Assembly: GCA_030141605.1 (NCBI GenBank)
Contig: JAQGDQ010000086.1
Span: forward strand, 57,418-121,417
DNA length: 64,000 nucleotides
Origin: Tubiluchus corallicola
Lineage: Eukaryota; Animalia; Priapulida
Direction: 5' to 3'
The position numbers were made by a program, and so were the translations under genes. This document shows, in pieces, positions 62,601 through 64,000 of the stretch (position 1 is its first letter; the number at the start of each line of letters is the position of its first letter). The notes beneath the pieces were generated by a model that saw only the letters and a list, made by a program, of their open reading frames with translations, searched no databases and was not told the origin of the DNA.

Positions 62601-63851
62601 AAGTTCTGAGGGTTGTGTAAATTTTTCTTATGTGCCTATTTTCGTAGCTTATAAATGAGTAAAAATGTGTCTGCCTTTCCCAGGCTTTCAGAGGAGCATG
62701 GTTTTTCAGTATGGTAAGTTGCATGGGGAATGTGGCTGTGTTTGCAGCTTAAATAGACATTCGCTCTCGCATTTTACTTAGCGAACAATAGATGGCAGAC
62801 ATTTACTATATGATTATGCAACGTCAAATTTTACATTTTTGTTCTTTGTGCATTGATTTTTTGTACCATTCAAGGTGTTGTACATCCCTTTTCACCAGTG
62901 TTGTACACAATAACTTCCTGACTAGTCTAGCCTTCATAGCAGTAATGTGAGCTGGTAAGTTAATTAATAAGGCAACACAAATGTGTGAAAGACTTACGAC
63001 TCCAAGCTATAAGAAATTTGGCGGTAAAGATTTTGTCGCTTTTAGTACCAGATGTAGGATGCATTTCAGTGTGGTGTGCTATGGAACTTGAGAGGATAGT
63101 CAAGGCACAGGTCATTTACAACTCAAAAATTGCATGGAGTTGGTCCAAGTTTGGGCAACTTCTAATGACAGATGGGAAACAGCTTTTTGCAGATAATCGG
63201 TAGTCCATGACCTTGAGTGTGTTGTTCAAGTTCAAAGTCATAGGTTATGGAATTAGCCTCCGAACTTAGCTTACATGTTGCATCAGATAGTGGAAAGATT
63301 TTAGTACTAGTCAATGGCCGTTGTCAGTTAGTGATTTCAGAAAATGTAAGGAATTGGGTAATCAGTGTTATACTACTCATAAAGAATCATGAGGACAATT
63401 TTCTTGAGGATTGTATGAAAATTTCTTTGTTTGAGGAATATGCATTTAAGTATGCGGAGTAAACTGAGAAGTGCAAAGGATAATTTAGTATATGTCATTC
63501 ATTACAATTTTTGTACTGTTTTGGCAAATTTGAACAGTTCATTGCGCAGCCAACAAAATTTGCGTAAAAAAATTTAAAAATTTCTGTATCCTGCTTTCCA
63601 TCCCGAAAAAATACTGGTCTATATAGAAAAACATACAGCATTGTTTACAATCTGCCATCTTTTTGTCTATAATCCAGCCACCAGCATTTAGCTATAGAAT
63701 TAATGATTAATGGCAAAATCTTTTAACATTTATTTCGTTAACTGATGCATAGAGTTTGCTTCTTGCATGTTTTTAATGCTTTTATATTTCAGCTGGGGAG
63801 GATTGCACAACAGCGGTGGATATCTACGCTTTTGGCATTTGCGTTTTGGAG
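53458..63851 (+). CDS. NRBP1: Nuclear receptor-binding protein (NRBP/Madm pseudokinase), first 8 coding exons (245 aa), 3' end beyond window
   Basis: [115 protein letters not shown]. Exons 53458-53604, 58762-58878, 59372-59473, 60043-60132, 60858-60898, 61135-61229, 61618-61701, 63793-63851. Confidence 0.97.
55227..55515 (-). mobile_element. Truncated second copy of the hAT MITE, opposite orientation, in NRBP intron 1
   Basis: Reverse-complement similarity to 43900-44164 (tagtgttgcttcgga, ttgccggatagcgaat, tcagttcggataatgaaaaatt, ttttcatttaatctatcatctta). Confidence 0.9.
58762..58878 (+). CDS. NRBP1: NRBP coding exon 2
   Basis: [39 protein letters not shown]|gtaggt. Confidence 0.9.
59372..59473 (+). 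CDS. NRBP1: NRBP coding exon 3
   Basis: [34 protein letters not shown]|gtatgt. Confidence 0.93.
60043..60132 (+). CDS. NRBP1: NRBP coding exon 4 (GC donor)
   Basis: [30 protein letters not shown]|gcaagt. Confidence 0.92.
60858..60898 (+). CDS. NRBP1: NRBP coding exon 5
   Basis: [13 protein letters not shown](S)|gtgagg. Confidence 0.95.
61135..61229 (+). CDS. NRBP1: NRBP coding exon 6
   Basis: [31 protein letters not shown]|gtaagt. Confidence 0.95.
61618..61701 (+). CDS. NRBP1: NRBP coding exon 7
   Basis: (V)APDAIHQHVKTCRHEKKNMYYIAPEYG|gtgggc. Confidence 0.94.
63793..63851 (+). CDS. NRBP1: NRBP coding exon 8
   Basis: (A)[19 protein letters not shown]|gtaaga. Confidence 0.94.
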
Positions 63852-64000
63852 GTAAGAAACTAAAATTTTTTGTGTGCTTGTATGTTGTTTACAAAATATC
63901 ACAATTAATATTATTGTTTGTATGGAAAAATCCTTGCATCAGTCAATCATGCATGTTAAACTGTAACTGCACAGTGTTTTGGAAACTTTTTCATGGTAGT

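Overview
AT-rich eukaryotic (invertebrate-type animal) genomic DNA with spliceosomal introns; no prokaryotic features, CRISPR arrays, intact tRNA/rRNA genes or transposase ORFs were seen. Four protein-coding genes: (1) a short single-finger ZC2HC1/FAM164-like ORF (+, 1621-2025); (2) an XK-related phospholipid-scramblase-family gene whose 774-aa CDS is one exon (-, 6171-8495), preceded by a ~31 kb coding-free region that probably holds its 5'UTR exons and regulatory DNA; (3) a complete 11-exon PPM1G/PP2C-gamma gene (-, 41902-53028, 744 aa by my exon assembly); (4) the first 8 coding exons of the pseudokinase NRBP/Madm (+, from 53458, running off the window). PPM1G and NRBP are head-to-head 429 bp apart, the same neighbour pair and orientation as in human. 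Non-coding DNA holds hAT and Tc1/mariner MITEs, a foldback-like element, Helitron-type relics, tRNA- and 5S-derived SINE-like relics, a LINE 3' end, an inverted pair of degenerate Penelope-type hammerhead motifs, two perfect RFX X-boxes and a mirror-symmetric set of complementary microsatellites. I found no demonstrably new biological system; the best leads are the conserved PPM1G-NRBP divergent pair, a possible RFX/cilia-regulated XKR-ZC2HC1 locus, the hammerhead-bearing element and candidate post-transcriptional control of NRBP (uORF, GC-AG intron, poison exon). All exon calls and family assignments were made by eye without database searches.
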